From the NCBI RefSeq assembly GCF_044647545.1, contig NZ_CP172818.1: DNA of 64,000 nucleotides. One strand, written 5' to 3'. The notes beneath the pieces were generated by a model that was given only the letters and a program-made list of their open reading frames with translations, had not been told where the DNA came from and ran no database searches. Position 1 is the first letter of the stretch. Each line of letters starts with the position of its first letter. A program made the translations under genes and the position numbers. Shown in pieces: positions 33,227 through 45,223 of this stretch. Source of the DNA: Escherichia coli (GTDB taxonomy: Bacteria > Pseudomonadota > Gammaproteobacteria > Enterobacterales > Enterobacteriaceae).

Positions 33227-33470
33227 GGGGGGTAACAACTCCCGACGTAGTGATTAAAAAAACCAGGAAAGGAGTATACCTGCGCGTTGCGGCAAATACA
33301 GCCAGCGCGTTAACTGGAATGCAATTTTGCGGGGCGCTACGAAAAAAAAGCGTAAATCTGGCATCTGCTTGCCGCGAGCGGTCGTATATTTTGATCTTCA
33401 GAGGCTATTTTATCGATTCAGCTGTAGTAAAATTACGCAAATTTTGACTCTTGAGTATGAGGTTGTCGCA

Positions 33471-35015
33471 ATGTCGGTTTCTAAAAAACCTATGGTACTG
33501 GTGATTCTGGATGGCTATGGCTATCGCGAAGAACAGCAGGATAACGCCATTTTTAGTGCTAAAACCCCGGTAATGGATGCACTGTGGGCCAATCGTCCGC
33601 ATACCCTGATCGACGCTTCCGGTCTGGAAGTCGGTCTGCCTGACCGTCAGATGGGCAACTCCGAAGTAGGCCACGTTAACCTGGGTGCCGGCCGCATCGT
33701 GTATCAGGACCTGACTCGTCTGGACGTTGAAATCAAAGATCGCGCTTTCTTTGCTAATCCGGTGTTGACTGGTGCAGTAGATAAAGCGAAAAACGCAGGC
33801 AAAGCAGTACACATTATGGGTCTGCTCTCCGCAGGTGGTGTACACAGCCACGAAGATCACATCATGGCGATGGTAGAACTGGCAGCTGAACGCGGCGCAG
33901 AAAAAATCTACCTACACGCATTCCTTGACGGTCGCGACACTCCGCCGCGCAGTGCTGAATCCTCGCTGAAAAAATTCGAAGAGAAATTTGCCGCGCTGGG
34001 TAAAGGCCGCGTAGCGTCCATCATTGGTCGTTACTACGCGATGGACCGCGATAACCGTTGGGATCGCGTTGAAAAAGCTTATGACCTGCTGACTCTGGCG
34101 CAAGGTGAGTTCCAGGCCGATACCGCCGTTGCCGGTTTGCAGGCTGCTTATGCTCGCGACGAAAACGACGAGTTCGTGAAAGCGACCGTTATTCGTGCAG
34201 AAGGTCAGCCAGATGTGGCAATGGAAGACGGCGATGCACTGATTTTCATGAACTTCCGTGCTGACCGCGCGCGTGAAATCACTCGAGCATTCGTAAATGC
34301 CGATTTTGACGGCTTCGCGCGTAAGAAAGTGGTTAACGTCGATTTCGTGATGCTGACCGAATACGCTGCCGACATCAAAACCGCAGTGGCTTACCCACCC
34401 GCTTCCCTGGTTAACACCTTCGGCGAATGGATGGCGAAAAACGACAAAACTCAGCTGCGTATTTCCGAAACCGAAAAATATGCCCACGTCACTTTCTTCT
34501 TTAACGGTGGCGTAGAAGAGTCGTTCAAAGGCGAAGATCGCATTCTGATCAACTCACCGAAAGTGGCTACCTACGATCTGCAACCGGAAATGAGCTCCGC
34601 AGAGCTGACCGAAAAACTGGTTGCGGCAATCAAGAGCGGCAAATACGACACCATTATCTGTAACTATCCGAACGGCGACATGGTAGGTCACACCGGGGTG
34701 ATGGAAGCGGCGGTTAAAGCGGTTGAAGCGCTGGATCACTGCGTGGAAGAAGTCGCGAAAGCGGTTGAGTCCGTGGGTGGACAACTGCTGATCACCGCTG
34801 ACCACGGTAACGCTGAACAGATGCGCGATCCGGCAACGGGTCAGGCGCACACAGCACACACCAACCTGCCAGTTCCGCTGATTTACGTTGGTGATAAGAA
34901 CGTGAAAGCGGTTGAAGGCGGCAAACTTTCTGACATCGCGCCGACCATGTTGTCGCTGATGGGTATGGAAATCCCGCAAGAGATGACTGGTAAGCCGCTG
35001 TTCATCGTGGAATAA
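33471..35015 (+). CDS. gpmM: 2,3-bisphosphoglycerate-independent phosphoglycerate mutase
   Basis: 514-aa product from the ATG at 33471 ([28 protein letters not shown]...). Confidence 0.95.
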   Translation: MSVSKKPMVLVILDGYGYREEQQDNAIFSAKTPVMDALWANRPHTLIDASGLEVGLPDRQMGNSEVGHVNLGAGRIVYQDLTRLDVEIKDRAFFANPVLTGAVDKAKNAGKAVHIMGLLSAGGVHSHEDHIMAMVELAAERGAEKIYLHAFLDGRDTPPRSAESSLKKFEEKFAALGKGRVASIIGRYYAMDRDNRWDRVEKAYDLLTLAQGEFQADTAVAGLQAAYARDENDEFVKATVIRAEGQPDVAMEDGDALIFMNFRADRAREITRAFVNADFDGFARKKVVNVDFVMLTEYAADIKTAVAYPPASLVNTFGEWMAKNDKTQLRISETEKYAHVTFFFNGGVEESFKGEDRILINSPKVATYDLQPEMSSAELTEKLVAAIKSGKYDTIICNYPNGDMVGHTGVMEAAVKAVEALDHCVEEVAKAVESVGGQLLITADHGNAEQMRDPATGQAHTAHTNLPVPLIYVGDKNVKAVEGGKLSDIAPTMLSLMGMEIPQEMTGKPLFIVE

Positions 35016-35048
35016 TCCCTCCCCATGAGGGGAAAGGCGATTAATACC

Positions 35049-36308
35049 ATGACACGGGCCGTGAAACCGCGCAGGTTTGCAATCAGGCCCATCATCTACG
35101 CCAGCGTTCTGAGCGCTGGCGTATTGTTGTGCGCCTTTTCCGCCCACGCGGATGAGCGTGACCAACTCAAATCCATTCAGGCTGACATCGCCGCGAAAGA
35201 GCGCGCGGTACGCCAAAAGCAACAACAACGCGCAAGCCTGCTCGCACAATTGAAAAAGCAGGAAGAGGCGATATCTGAAGCCACTCGCAAACTGCGCGAA
35301 ACGCAAAATACGCTCAATCAACTCAATAAACAGATTGATGAGATGAACGCGTCGATTGCCAAACTGGAGCAGCAAAAAGCCGCCCAGGAGCGCAGCCTCG
35401 CCGCGCAACTGGATGCCGCGTTTCGTCAGGGTGAACATACCGGTATTCAGCTGATTCTCAGCGGTGAAGAAAGCCAGCGTGGGCAGCGCTTACAGGCTTA
35501 TTTCGGCTATCTCAACCAGGCGCGACAAGAAACCATTGCTCAGTTGAAACAAACGCGTGAAGAAGTCGCTATGCAGCGTGCCGAACTGGAAGAGAAACAG
35601 AGCGAGCAACAAACGCTTTTATATGAGCAGCGCGCCCAACAGGCGAAGCTGACCCAGGCGTTGAGCGAGCGTAAAAAGACGCTGGCAGGGCTGGAGTCTT
35701 CCATCCAGCAAGGTCAGCAACAGTTGAGCGAGCTGCGCGCCAACGAATCCCGCCTGCGTAACAGCATTGCCCGTGCGGAAGCTGCGGCGAAAGCGCGTGC
35801 TGAACGAGAAGCGCGTGAGGCCCAGGCGGTTCGCGACCGCCAGAAAGAAGCGACGCGCAAAGGCACCACCTACAAGCCGACCGAAAGCGAAAAATCGCTG
35901 ATGTCCCGAACTGGTGGCCTGGGTGCGCCGCGTGGTCAGGCATTCTGGCCGGTTCGCGGGCCGACGCTGCATCGCTATGGTGAACAGCTACAGGGCGAAC
36001 TACGCTGGAAAGGAATGGTTATCGGTGCCTCTGAAGGTACTGAAGTTAAAGCGATTGCCGACGGCCGGGTGATTCTGGCTGACTGGCTGCAAGGCTACGG
36101 TCTGGTGGTGGTGGTTGAGCACGGTAAAGGCGACATGAGTCTTTACGGCTATAATCAGAGCGCACTGGTGAGCGTTGGTTCGCAGGTTCGCGCGGGCCAG
36201 CCAATTGCACTGGTGGGCAGCAGTGGCGGTCAGGGTCGGCCTTCACTCTATTTCGAAATTCGCCGCCAGGGTCAGGCGGTCAATCCACAGCCGTGGTTGG
36301 GAAGATAA
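35049..36308 (+). CDS. envC: Murein hydrolase activator EnvC (coiled-coil plus LytM domain)
   Basis: 419-aa product (MTRAVKPRRFAIRPIIYASVLSAGVLLCAFSAHA...), long Q/E/A-rich coiled coil and C-terminal M23-like domain. Confidence 0.9.
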   Translation: MTRAVKPRRFAIRPIIYASVLSAGVLLCAFSAHADERDQLKSIQADIAAKERAVRQKQQQRASLLAQLKKQEEAISEATRKLRETQNTLNQLNKQIDEMNASIAKLEQQKAAQERSLAAQLDAAFRQGEHTGIQLILSGEESQRGQRLQAYFGYLNQARQETIAQLKQTREEVAMQRAELEEKQSEQQTLLYEQRAQQAKLTQALSERKKTLAGLESSIQQGQQQLSELRANESRLRNSIARAEAAAKARAEREAREAQAVRDRQKEATRKGTTYKPTESEKSLMSRTGGLGAPRGQAFWPVRGPTLHRYGEQLQGELRWKGMVIGASEGTEVKAIADGRVILADWLQGYGLVVVVEHGKGDMSLYGYNQSALVSVGSQVRAGQPIALVGSSGGQGRPSLYFEIRRQGQAVNPQPWLGR

Positions 36309-36311
36309 GTT

Positions 36312-37271
36312 TTGTTTCCATTTCGTCGTAACGTTCTTGCATTTGCCGCTCTGTTGGCGCTCTCCTCCCCCGTAATTGCTGGCAAACTTGCCATCGTCAT
36401 TGATGATTTTGGGTATCGCCCGCACAACGAAAACCAGGTGCTGGCGATGCCTTCCGCTATCTCCGTCGCTGTATTACCCGATTCACCGCACGCCAGAGAG
36501 ATGGCGACCAAAGCGCATAACAGCGGTCACGAAGTGTTGATTCATCTCCCGATGGCACCGTTGAGTAAACAGCCGCTGGAGAAAAATACGCTGCGCCCGG
36601 AGATGAGCAGCGACGAAATTGAGCGCATTATTCGTAGTGCGGTCAATAACGTGCCCTATGCCGTGGGGATCAATAACCACATGGGCAGCAAGATGACCTC
36701 TAACCTGTTTGGTATGCAGAAAGTGATGCAGGCGCTGGAGCGTTACAATCTTTACTTCCTCGACAGCGTAACCATCGGTAATACCCAGGCGATGCGCGCC
36801 GCGCAAGGCACTGGCGTGAAGGTGATCAAACGGAAGGTGTTCCTCGACGATTCGCAGAACGAAGCGGACATCCGTGTACAGTTTAATCGCGCAATTGACC
36901 TGGCGCGTCGCAACGGATCAACCATTGCCATTGGGCATCCTCACCCTTCAACGGTACGCGTGCTACAACAGATGGTTTATAACCTGCCGCCAGACATTAC
37001 GCTGGTGAAAGCCAGCAGCTTGCTGAATGAACCGCAGGTTGATACGTCTACACCGCCGAAAAACACTGTGCCCGACGCACCGCGTAATCCGTTCCGTGGC
37101 GTGAAGCTCTGCAAACCGAAGAAACCGCTGGAACCTGTTTATGCTAATCGCTTCTTTGAAGTATTAAGCGAAAGCATCAGCCAGAGCACGCTGATCGTTT
37201 ACTTCCAGCATCAGTGGCAAGGCTGGGGCAAACAGCCTGAAGCGGCGAAGCTTAACGCTAGCGCAAATTAA
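36312..37271 (+). CDS. yibQ: Divergent polysaccharide deacetylase family protein
   Basis: 319-aa ORF with signal peptide (MFPFRRNVLAFAALLALSSPVIAG). Confidence 0.85.
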   Translation: MFPFRRNVLAFAALLALSSPVIAGKLAIVIDDFGYRPHNENQVLAMPSAISVAVLPDSPHAREMATKAHNSGHEVLIHLPMAPLSKQPLEKNTLRPEMSSDEIERIIRSAVNNVPYAVGINNHMGSKMTSNLFGMQKVMQALERYNLYFLDSVTIGNTQAMRAAQGTGVKVIKRKVFLDDSQNEADIRVQFNRAIDLARRNGSTIAIGHPHPSTVRVLQQMVYNLPPDITLVKASSLLNEPQVDTSTPPKNTVPDAPRNPFRGVKLCKPKKPLEPVYANRFFEVLSESISQSTLIVYFQHQWQGWGKQPEAAKLNASAN

Positions 37272-38292
37272 AGGCGCTACGCGTAATGCGATGGTGCGAC
37301 CGCGTTTTGTCGCGCCATTGCCATAAGCGGAAAGACCACAGTAACGCCTGATAACCCACCTTCACGCTGCGCACATTGGTAATCAGGCGCTTATACATAC
37401 CGGAAGTAAATATCTCGGCAATCATCCGTTGGCGGGTAATAATATCCGGCTCTTTGCGCACCGCATGGCAAACACGCAATGCTTCGTAGGTTATTTGCTG
37501 ATGAAATTCCGGATAAATCGTAATTTTGTCAGCATAATTTCGATTTAATTTCTCCAGCAGGCGGGTAATCTTAATATAGTGACGTTGATAATTAAGGTTT
37601 TTGTTCCCTTGTCTGTTCAACCGACTCACTGACGTATTATGCAGATAATATTTATATAATGATTGCTCGGTATATCGCGCACGCAGCGCGTTAAACATAA
37701 ATTCTGTTGTCCAGACAATATCCTGATGATGTAATCCGGCAATAAATTTAATGTTATTTTTAACAATAACATCGCGGCGATAAACCCCCATCCAGACCAC
37801 GTGTGTCCAACGGCGGGAAGAAAGTCCCATCCGCAGCCAGTCCGGACCAGTTAATACACCGGTTGAGCGAAGGCGATCGGTAGGGATGGATTGCCAGGTT
37901 TCACCCGTTTCACGAAAACACCAATCAGCGTTGCACTGCGCCACGTCGAGGTCGTCCTCTAACGCCATGGTCATCAGCGTTTCGTACATGGTGGGATAGA
38001 CCTCATCGTCAGCATCGACAAAAGCGACATATTTTCCCGTTGCCACCTCGATCCCACGATTACGCGCCACCGATGCGCCAGCATTCGCCTGATGCAACAA
38101 ACGAACGTGCGGATAGTTTTCTGCGTAATGCTTTGCTATTTCAACAGAATTATCCGTTGAACCATCGTTAATAATAATGATTTCCAGAGCAGTCCATGTT
38201 TGCGCAATTAAAGATTCCATACAAGTGCGGAAATCATTGCCCGCATTATATAACGGAATAATAACACTAAGTTTATTGGTGCTGTTCATCAT
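37258..38292 (-). CDS. waaH: Family 2 glycosyltransferase (LPS core glucuronic acid transferase WaaH/YibD)
   Basis: 344-aa ORF (MMNSTNKLSVIIPLYNAGNDFRTCMESLIAQT...), GT-A with DxD; 3' end overlaps yibQ convergently by 14 bp. Confidence 0.85.
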   Translation of the reverse strand: MMNSTNKLSVIIPLYNAGNDFRTCMESLIAQTWTALEIIIINDGSTDNSVEIAKHYAENYPHVRLLHQANAGASVARNRGIEVATGKYVAFVDADDEVYPTMYETLMTMALEDDLDVAQCNADWCFRETGETWQSIPTDRLRSTGVLTGPDWLRMGLSSRRWTHVVWMGVYRRDVIVKNNIKFIAGLHHQDIVWTTEFMFNALRARYTEQSLYKYYLHNTSVSRLNRQGNKNLNYQRHYIKITRLLEKLNRNYADKITIYPEFHQQITYEALRVCHAVRKEPDIITRQRMIAEIFTSGMYKRLITNVRSVKVGYQALLWSFRLWQWRDKTRSHHRITRSAFNLR

Positions 38293-38530
38293 AAATTACC
38301 GACGACCTCTGAAGTTATCCTGACGTTTTACAGGCTTTGTATTAAGAAACTATTAAGCCTGTGAGATATTATTTTTACCGGTGAGAGAGTCACGTCAGGG
38401 TAGAGAGATAATGAGAGCAGCTATATAAGAGATCAGCGCAATTACGATATCTTGATTACACTGACAGGATTTTACATATTTAACGGATTATCCTCAGGAA
38501 AAAGGGCTGGAATACCAGCCCTTGTTTGTG

Positions 38531-39556
38531 TTAATCCCAGCTCAGGATAACTTTCCCGGACTGGCCCGAACGCATGGCGTCAAAGCCCTTCTGGAAATCA
38601 TCGATAGAGAAACGATGAGTAATGATCGGCGAAAGATCGAGGCCAGACTGAATCAGCGCCGCCATCTTGTACCAGGTTTCAAACATCTCACGACCGTAAA
38701 TACCTTTAATGAACAAGCCTTTAAAGATCACTTTGGTCCAGTCGATAGACATATCAGACGGTGGAATACCCAGCATCGCAATACGACCGCCGTGGTTCAT
38801 GGTGTCGAGCATGGTACGAAACGCTGGCGGCGCACCGGACATTTCCAGACCGACATCAAAGCCTTCGGTCATGCCCAGTTCTGTCATCACATCATTAAGG
38901 TTTTCTTTCGCGACGTTAACCGCACGGGTGATACCCATTTTACGCGCCAGCTCAAGGCGGTATTCGTTAACATCAGTAATCACCACGTTACGTGCACCAA
39001 CGTGTTTCGCCACCGCCGCAGCCATAATACCTATCGGACCTGCACCAGAAACCAGTACATCTTCGCCCACCAGATCGAACGACAGCGCAGTATGCACGGC
39101 GTTACCGAACGGATCAAAAATGGAAGCCAAATCGTCGGAGATATTGTCAGGGATTTTGAAGGCGTTGAACGCCGGAATCACCAGATATTCGGCGAAGCAG
39201 CCCGGACGGTTAACACCGACACCAGTGGTGTTGCGGCACAGATGGGTACGACCGCCACGACAGTTGCGACAGTGACCGCAAGTGATATGGCCTTCACCAG
39301 ATACGCGATCGCCAATCTTGAAGCCTTTCACTTCCTGACCAATACCTACCACTTCACCGACATATTCATGGCCCACGACCATCGGCACCGGGATGGTTTT
39401 TTGCGACCACTCATCCCAGTTATAGATGTGAACGTCAGTCCCGCAGATGGCTGTTTTACGGATTTTAATCAGCAGATCGTTATGCCCGAGTTCCGGTACA
39501 GGAACGTCGGTCATCCAGATGCCCTCTTCCGCTTTCAGTTTGGATAACGCTTTCAT
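38531..39556 (-). CDS. tdh: L-threonine 3-dehydrogenase
   Basis: 341-aa zinc-ADH family ORF ([43 protein letters not shown]...). Confidence 0.95.
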   Translation of the reverse strand: MKALSKLKAEEGIWMTDVPVPELGHNDLLIKIRKTAICGTDVHIYNWDEWSQKTIPVPMVVGHEYVGEVVGIGQEVKGFKIGDRVSGEGHITCGHCRNCRGGRTHLCRNTTGVGVNRPGCFAEYLVIPAFNAFKIPDNISDDLASIFDPFGNAVHTALSFDLVGEDVLVSGAGPIGIMAAAVAKHVGARNVVITDVNEYRLELARKMGITRAVNVAKENLNDVMTELGMTEGFDVGLEMSGAPPAFRTMLDTMNHGGRIAMLGIPPSDMSIDWTKVIFKGLFIKGIYGREMFETWYKMAALIQSGLDLSPIITHRFSIDDFQKGFDAMRSGQSGKVILSWD

Positions 39557-39565
39557 CTCACATCC

Positions 39566-40762
39566 TCAGGCGATAACGCCCAGTTGTTTACCAATACGCG
39601 TGAATGCTTCTACTGCACGCGTAATTTGCTCAGGGGTATGCGCCGCAGACATCTGGGTACGAATACGCGCCTGACCTTTCGGAACGACCGGATAGAAGAA
39701 ACCGGTGACGTAAATCCCCTCTTTTTGCAGCTCACGAGCAAATTTCTGCGCTACTACCGCATCGCCAAGCATGACCGGAATAATGGCGTGATCGGCTCCC
39801 GCCAGGGTAAAGCCCGCCGCCGACATTTGCTCACGGAACTGACGCGCGTTCGCCCACAGACGGTCACGCAGCTCGCTACCCGCTTCAACCATCTCCAGCA
39901 CTTTGATGGAAGCGGCAACAATGGCCGGTGCCAGCGAGTTGGAGAACAGGTACGGACGAGAACGCTGGCGCAGCCACTCAACCACTTCTTTGCGCGCCGC
40001 GGTATAACCACCAGAAGCCCCGCCCAATGCTTTACCCAACGTACCGGTAATGATGTCTACACGCCCCATCACATCGCAGTATTCATGGGAACCACGACCG
40101 TTTTCACCGACAAAACCGACCGCGTGGGAGTCGTCTACCATCACCAGGGCATCGTATTTATCTGCCAGATCGCAAACGCCCTTCAGATTGGCAATCACGC
40201 CGTCCATCGAGAACACACCATCGGTGGCAATCAGCACATGACGCGCACCGGCTTCACGCGCTTCTTTCAGACGAGCTTCCAGCTCCTGCATATCGTTGTT
40301 GGCATAGCGATAGCGTTTAGCTTTACACAGACGCACACCATCAATAATAGACGCGTGGTTCAGTGCGTCGGAGATAATGGCGTCTTCCGCGCCCAACAGC
40401 GTTTCAAACAGGCCACCGTTAGCATCAAAGCAGGAAGAGTAGAGAATCGCATCTTCCATCCCCAGGAAGGCCGCCAGTTTTTGTTCAAGCTCTTTATGAC
40501 TGTCCTGAGTGCCGCAAATAAAACGCACCGAAGCCATGCCGAAACCGTGAGAATCCATTCCCGCCTTTGCCGCCGCAATCAGATCCGGATGATTCGCCAG
40601 TCCGAGATAGTTATTGGCACAAAAGTTAATGACGTGGCTTCCATCAGCCACAGTGATATCTGCTTGCTGCGCAGACGTAATAATGCGCTCTTCTTTAAAC
40701 AACCCTTCCGCCCGTGCGGTTTCCAGATCGTTGGTTAACTGCTGATAACATTCTCCACGCAT
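39566..40762 (-). CDS. kbl: 2-amino-3-ketobutyrate CoA ligase (glycine C-acetyltransferase)
   Basis: 398-aa PLP-dependent ORF ([33 protein letters not shown]...). Confidence 0.95.
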   Translation of the reverse strand: MRGECYQQLTNDLETARAEGLFKEERIITSAQQADITVADGSHVINFCANNYLGLANHPDLIAAAKAGMDSHGFGMASVRFICGTQDSHKELEQKLAAFLGMEDAILYSSCFDANGGLFETLLGAEDAIISDALNHASIIDGVRLCKAKRYRYANNDMQELEARLKEAREAGARHVLIATDGVFSMDGVIANLKGVCDLADKYDALVMVDDSHAVGFVGENGRGSHEYCDVMGRVDIITGTLGKALGGASGGYTAARKEVVEWLRQRSRPYLFSNSLAPAIVAASIKVLEMVEAGSELRDRLWANARQFREQMSAAGFTLAGADHAIIPVMLGDAVVAQKFARELQKEGIYVTGFFYPVVPKGQARIRTQMSAAHTPEQITRAVEAFTRIGKQLGVIA

Positions 40763-40971
40763 TGCGATTCTCCAGACAGGGCAAATTCCAGCACATATTA
40801 CCCAAACTTATAGGTCGCGACGAGATGACGCGTTAACACTTCTGCAAAATTCAGGATAAATCCAGCCCCCTCACTTTTGGTGAATGGCTGAAGCCAACGT
40901 CATGTAGTGATATGATAAGAAGTATTCGTGTCTGAGATTGTCTCTGACTCCATAATTCGAAGGTTACAGCT

Positions 40972-41904
40972 ATGATCATCGTTACCGGCGGCGCGGGCTT
41001 TATCGGCAGCAACATCGTTAAAGCCCTGAATGATAAAGGCATCACCGATATTCTGGTGGTGGACAACCTGAAAGACGGCACCAAGTTTGTCAACCTGGTG
41101 GATCTGGATATCGCGGACTATATGGATAAGGAAGACTTCCTGATCCAGATTATGGCTGGCGAAGAGTTCGGCGATGTCGAAGCGATTTTCCACGAAGGCG
41201 CGTGCTCTTCCACCACCGAGTGGGACGGCAAGTATATGATGGATAACAACTATCAATACTCCAAAGAGCTGCTGCACTACTGTCTGGAGCGCGAAATCCC
41301 GTTCCTGTATGCCTCTTCCGCAGCCACTTACGGTGGACGCACCTCCGACTTTATTGAATCCCGCGAATATGAAAAACCGTTGAATGTCTACGGTTACTCA
41401 AAATTCCTGTTTGATGAATATGTTCGCCAAATCCTGCCTGAAGCGAACTCGCAGATTGTTGGCTTCCGTTATTTCAACGTTTATGGACCGCGTGAAGGCC
41501 ATAAAGGCAGCATGGCGAGCGTCGCTTTCCATCTCAACACCCAGCTTAATAACGGTGAATCACCGAAGCTGTTCGAAGGTAGCGAGAACTTTAAACGCGA
41601 CTTCGTCTATGTGGGCGACGTGGCAGATGTAAACCTGTGGTTCCTGGAAAATGGCGTTTCCGGCATCTTCAACCTCGGTACTGGTCGTGCGGAATCCTTC
41701 CAGGCTGTAGCAGATGCTACGCTTGCTTATCACAAGAAAGGCCAGATCGAATACATTCCGTTCCCGGATAAACTGAAAGGCCGCTATCAGGCGTTCACGC
41801 AGGCAGACCTGACGAATCTGCGCGCGGCGGGTTATGACAAACCGTTCAAAACCGTTGCCGAAGGCGTAACGGAATACATGGCCTGGCTGAATCGCGACGC
41901 ATAA
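40972..41904 (+). CDS. hldD: ADP-L-glycero-D-manno-heptose 6-epimerase
   Basis: 310-aa ORF ([33 protein letters not shown]...). Confidence 0.95.
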
Positions 41905-41913
41905 GAGCTCTGC

Positions 41914-42960
41914 ATGAAAATACTGGTGATCGGCCCGTCTTGGGTTGGCGACATGATGATGTCGCAAAGTCTCTATCGCACGCTCCAGGCGCGCTATCCC
42001 CAGGCGATAATCGACGTGATGGCACCGGCATGGTGCCGTCCATTATTATCGCGGATGCCGGAAGTTAACGAAGCTATTCCTATGCCTCTCGGTCACGGAG
42101 CGCTGGAAATCGGCGAACGCCGCAAACTGGGTCATAGTCTGCGTGAAAAGCGCTACGACCGCGCCTACGTCTTACCCAACTCCTTCAAGTCCGCATTAGT
42201 GCCTTTCTTCGCGGGTATTCCTCATCGCACCGGCTGGCGCGGCGAGATGCGCTACGGTTTACTTAACGATGTACGCGTGCTCAATAAAGAAGCCTGGCCG
42301 CTAATGGTGGAACGCTATGTCGCGCTGGCCTATGACAAAGGCATTATGCGTACAGCACAAGATCTGCCGCAGCCATTGTTATGGCCGCAGTTGCAGGTGA
42401 GCGAAGGTGAAAAATCATATACCTGTAATCAATTTTCGCTTTCATCAGAACGTCCGATGATTGGCTTTTGCCCGGGTGCGGAGTTTGGTCCGGCAAAACG
42501 CTGGCCACACTACCACTATGCGGAGCTGGCAAAGCAGCTGATTGATGAAGGTTATCAGGTGGTTCTGTTTGGCTCGGCGAAAGATCATGAAGCGGGCAAT
42601 GAGATTCTTGCCGCTTTGAATACTGAGCAGCAGGCATGGTGTCGTAACCTGGCGGGGGAAACACAGCTTGATCAAGCGGTTATCCTGATTGCAGCCTGTA
42701 AAGCCATTGTCACTAACGATTCTGGCCTGATGCACGTTGCGGCGGCGCTCAATCGTCCGCTGGTTGCCCTGTATGGTCCGAGTAGCCCAGACTTCACACC
42801 GCCGCTATCCCATAAAGCGCGCGTGATCCGCCTGATTACCGGCTATCACAAAGTGCGTAAAGGTGACGCTGCGGAGGGTTATCACCAGAGCTTGATCGAC
42901 ATTACTCCCCAGCGCGTACTGGAAGAACTCAACGCGCTATTGTTACAAGAGGAAGCCTGA
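41914..42960 (+). CDS. waaF: LPS heptosyltransferase II
   Basis: 348-aa ORF (MKILVIGPSWVGDMMMSQSLYRTLQARYP...). Confidence 0.95.
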   Translation: MKILVIGPSWVGDMMMSQSLYRTLQARYPQAIIDVMAPAWCRPLLSRMPEVNEAIPMPLGHGALEIGERRKLGHSLREKRYDRAYVLPNSFKSALVPFFAGIPHRTGWRGEMRYGLLNDVRVLNKEAWPLMVERYVALAYDKGIMRTAQDLPQPLLWPQLQVSEGEKSYTCNQFSLSSERPMIGFCPGAEFGPAKRWPHYHYAELAKQLIDEGYQVVLFGSAKDHEAGNEILAALNTEQQAWCRNLAGETQLDQAVILIAACKAIVTNDSGLMHVAAALNRPLVALYGPSSPDFTPPLSHKARVIRLITGYHKVRKGDAAEGYHQSLIDITPQRVLEELNALLLQEEA

Positions 42961-42963
42961 CGG

Positions 42964-43923
42964 ATGCGGGTTTTGATCGTTAAAACATCGTCGATGGGCG
43001 ATGTTCTCCATACGTTGCCCGCACTCACTGATGCCCAGCAGGCAATCCCAGGGATTAAGTTTGACTGGGTGGTGGAAGAAGGGTTCGCACAGATTCCTTC
43101 CTGGCACGCCGCCGTTGAGCGAGTTATTCCTGTGGCAATACGTCGCTGGCGTAAAGCCTGGTTCTCGGCCCCCATAAAAGCTGAACGCAAAGCGTTTCGT
43201 GAAGCGCTACAAGCAGAGAACTATGACGCAGTTATCGATGCTCAGGGGCTGGTAAAAAGCGCGGCGCTGGTGACGCGTCTGGCGCATGGCGTAAAGCATG
43301 GCATGGACTGGCAAACCGCTCGCGAACCTTTAGCCAGCCTGTTTTACAATCGTAAGCATCATATTGCGAAACAGCAGCACGCCGTAGAACGCACCCGCGA
43401 ACTGTTTGCCAAAAGTTTGGGCTATAGCAAACCGCAAACCCAGGGCGATTATGCTATCGCACAGCATTTCCTGACGAACCGGCCTACAGATGCTGGCGAA
43501 TATGCCGTATTTCTTCATGCGACGACCCGTGATGATAAACACTGGCCGGAAGAACACTGGCGAGAATTGATTGGTTTACTGGCTGATTCAGGAATACGGA
43601 TTAAACTTCCGTGGGGCGCGCCGCATGAGGAAGAACGGGCGAAACGACTGGCGGAAGGATTTGCTTATGTTGAAGTATTGCCGAAGATGAGTCTGGAAGG
43701 CGTTGCCCGCGTGCTGGCCGGGGCTAAATTTGTAGTGTCGGTGGATACGGGGTTAAGCCATTTAACGGCGGCACTGGATAGACCCAATATCACGGTTTAT
43801 GGACCAACCGATCCTGGATTAATTGGTGGGTATGGGAAGAATCAGATGGTTTGTAGGGCTCCAAGAGAAAATTTAAATAACCTCAACAGTCAAGCAGTTT
43901 TGGAAAAGTTATCATCATTATAA
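42964..43923 (+). CDS. waaC: LPS heptosyltransferase I
   Basis: 319-aa ORF (MRVLIVKTSSMGDVLHTLPALTDAQQAIPG...). Confidence 0.95.
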   Translation: MRVLIVKTSSMGDVLHTLPALTDAQQAIPGIKFDWVVEEGFAQIPSWHAAVERVIPVAIRRWRKAWFSAPIKAERKAFREALQAENYDAVIDAQGLVKSAALVTRLAHGVKHGMDWQTAREPLASLFYNRKHHIAKQQHAVERTRELFAKSLGYSKPQTQGDYAIAQHFLTNRPTDAGEYAVFLHATTRDDKHWPEEHWRELIGLLADSGIRIKLPWGAPHEEERAKRLAEGFAYVEVLPKMSLEGVARVLAGAKFVVSVDTGLSHLTAALDRPNITVYGPTDPGLIGGYGKNQMVCRAPRENLNNLNSQAVLEKLSSL

Positions 43924-43932
43924 AGGTAAAAC

Positions 43933-45192
43933 ATGCTAACATCCTTTAAACTTCATTCATTGAAACCTTACACTCTGAAATCATCAATGATTTTAGAGAT
44001 AATAACTTATATATTATGTTTTTTTTCAATGATAATTGCATTCGTCGATAATACTTTCAGCATAAAAATATATAATATCACTGCTATAGTTTGCTTATTG
44101 TCACTAATTTTACGTGGCAGACAAGAAAATTATAATATAAAAAACCTTATTCTTCCCCTTTCTATATTTTTAATAGGCTTGCTTGATTTAATTTGGTATT
44201 CTGCGTTTAAAGTAGATAATTCGCCATTTCGTGCTACTTACCATAGTTATTTAAATACTGCCAAAATATTTATATTTGGTTCTTTTATTGTTTTCTTGAC
44301 ACTAACTAGCCAGCTAAAATCAAAAAAAGAGAGTGTATTATACACTTTGTATTCTCTGTCATTTCTAATTGCTGGATATGCAATGTATATTAATAGCATT
44401 CATGAAAATGACCGCATTTCTTTTGGTGTAGGAACGGCAACAGGAGCAGCATATTCAACAATGCTAATAGGGATAGTTAGTGGCGTTGCGATTCTTTATA
44501 CTAAGAAAAATCATCCTTTTTTATTTTTATTAAATAGTTGCGCGGTACTTTATGTTCTGGCGCTAACACAAACCAGAGCAACCCTACTCCTGTTCCCTAT
44601 AATTTGTGTTGCTGCATTAATAGCTTATTATAATAAATCACCCAAGAAATTCACTTCCTCTATTGTTCTACTAATTGCTATATTAGCTAGCATTGTTATT
44701 ATATTTAATAAACCAATACAGAATCGCTATAATGAAGCATTAAATGACTTAAACAGTTATACCAATGCTAATAGTGTTACTTCCCTAGGTGCAAGACTGG
44801 CAATGTACGAAATTGGTTTAAATATATTCATAAAGTCACCTTTTTCATTTAGATCAGCAGAGTCACGCGCTGAAAGTATGAATTTGTTAGTTGCAGAACA
44901 CAATAGGCTAAGAGGGGCATTGGAGTTTTCTAACGTACATCTACATAATGAGATAATTGAAGCAGGGTCACTGAAAGGTCTGATGGGAATTTTTTCCACA
45001 CTTTTCCTCTATTTTTCACTATTTTATATAGCATATAAAAAACGAGCTTTGGGTTTGTTGATATTAACGCTTGGCATTGTGGGGATTGGACTCAGTGATG
45101 TGATCATATGGGCACGCAGCATTCCAATTATCATTATATCCGCTATAGTCCTCTTACTCGTCATTAATAATCGTAACAATACAATTAATTAA
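43933..45192 (+). CDS. waaL: O-antigen ligase (K-12 type)
   Basis: 419-aa polytopic membrane ORF (MLTSFKLHSLKPYTLKSSMILEIITYILCFF...), AT-rich. Confidence 0.9.
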   Translation: MLTSFKLHSLKPYTLKSSMILEIITYILCFFSMIIAFVDNTFSIKIYNITAIVCLLSLILRGRQENYNIKNLILPLSIFLIGLLDLIWYSAFKVDNSPFRATYHSYLNTAKIFIFGSFIVFLTLTSQLKSKKESVLYTLYSLSFLIAGYAMYINSIHENDRISFGVGTATGAAYSTMLIGIVSGVAILYTKKNHPFLFLLNSCAVLYVLALTQTRATLLLFPIICVAALIAYYNKSPKKFTSSIVLLIAILASIVIIFNKPIQNRYNEALNDLNSYTNANSVTSLGARLAMYEIGLNIFIKSPFSFRSAESRAESMNLLVAEHNRLRGALEFSNVHLHNEIIEAGSLKGLMGIFSTLFLYFSLFYIAYKKRALGLLILTLGIVGIGLSDVIIWARSIPIIIISAIVLLLVINNRNNTIN

Positions 45193-45223
45193 GAATAAAC
45201 AAGTTTAAGAAGTGAGTTAAAAC

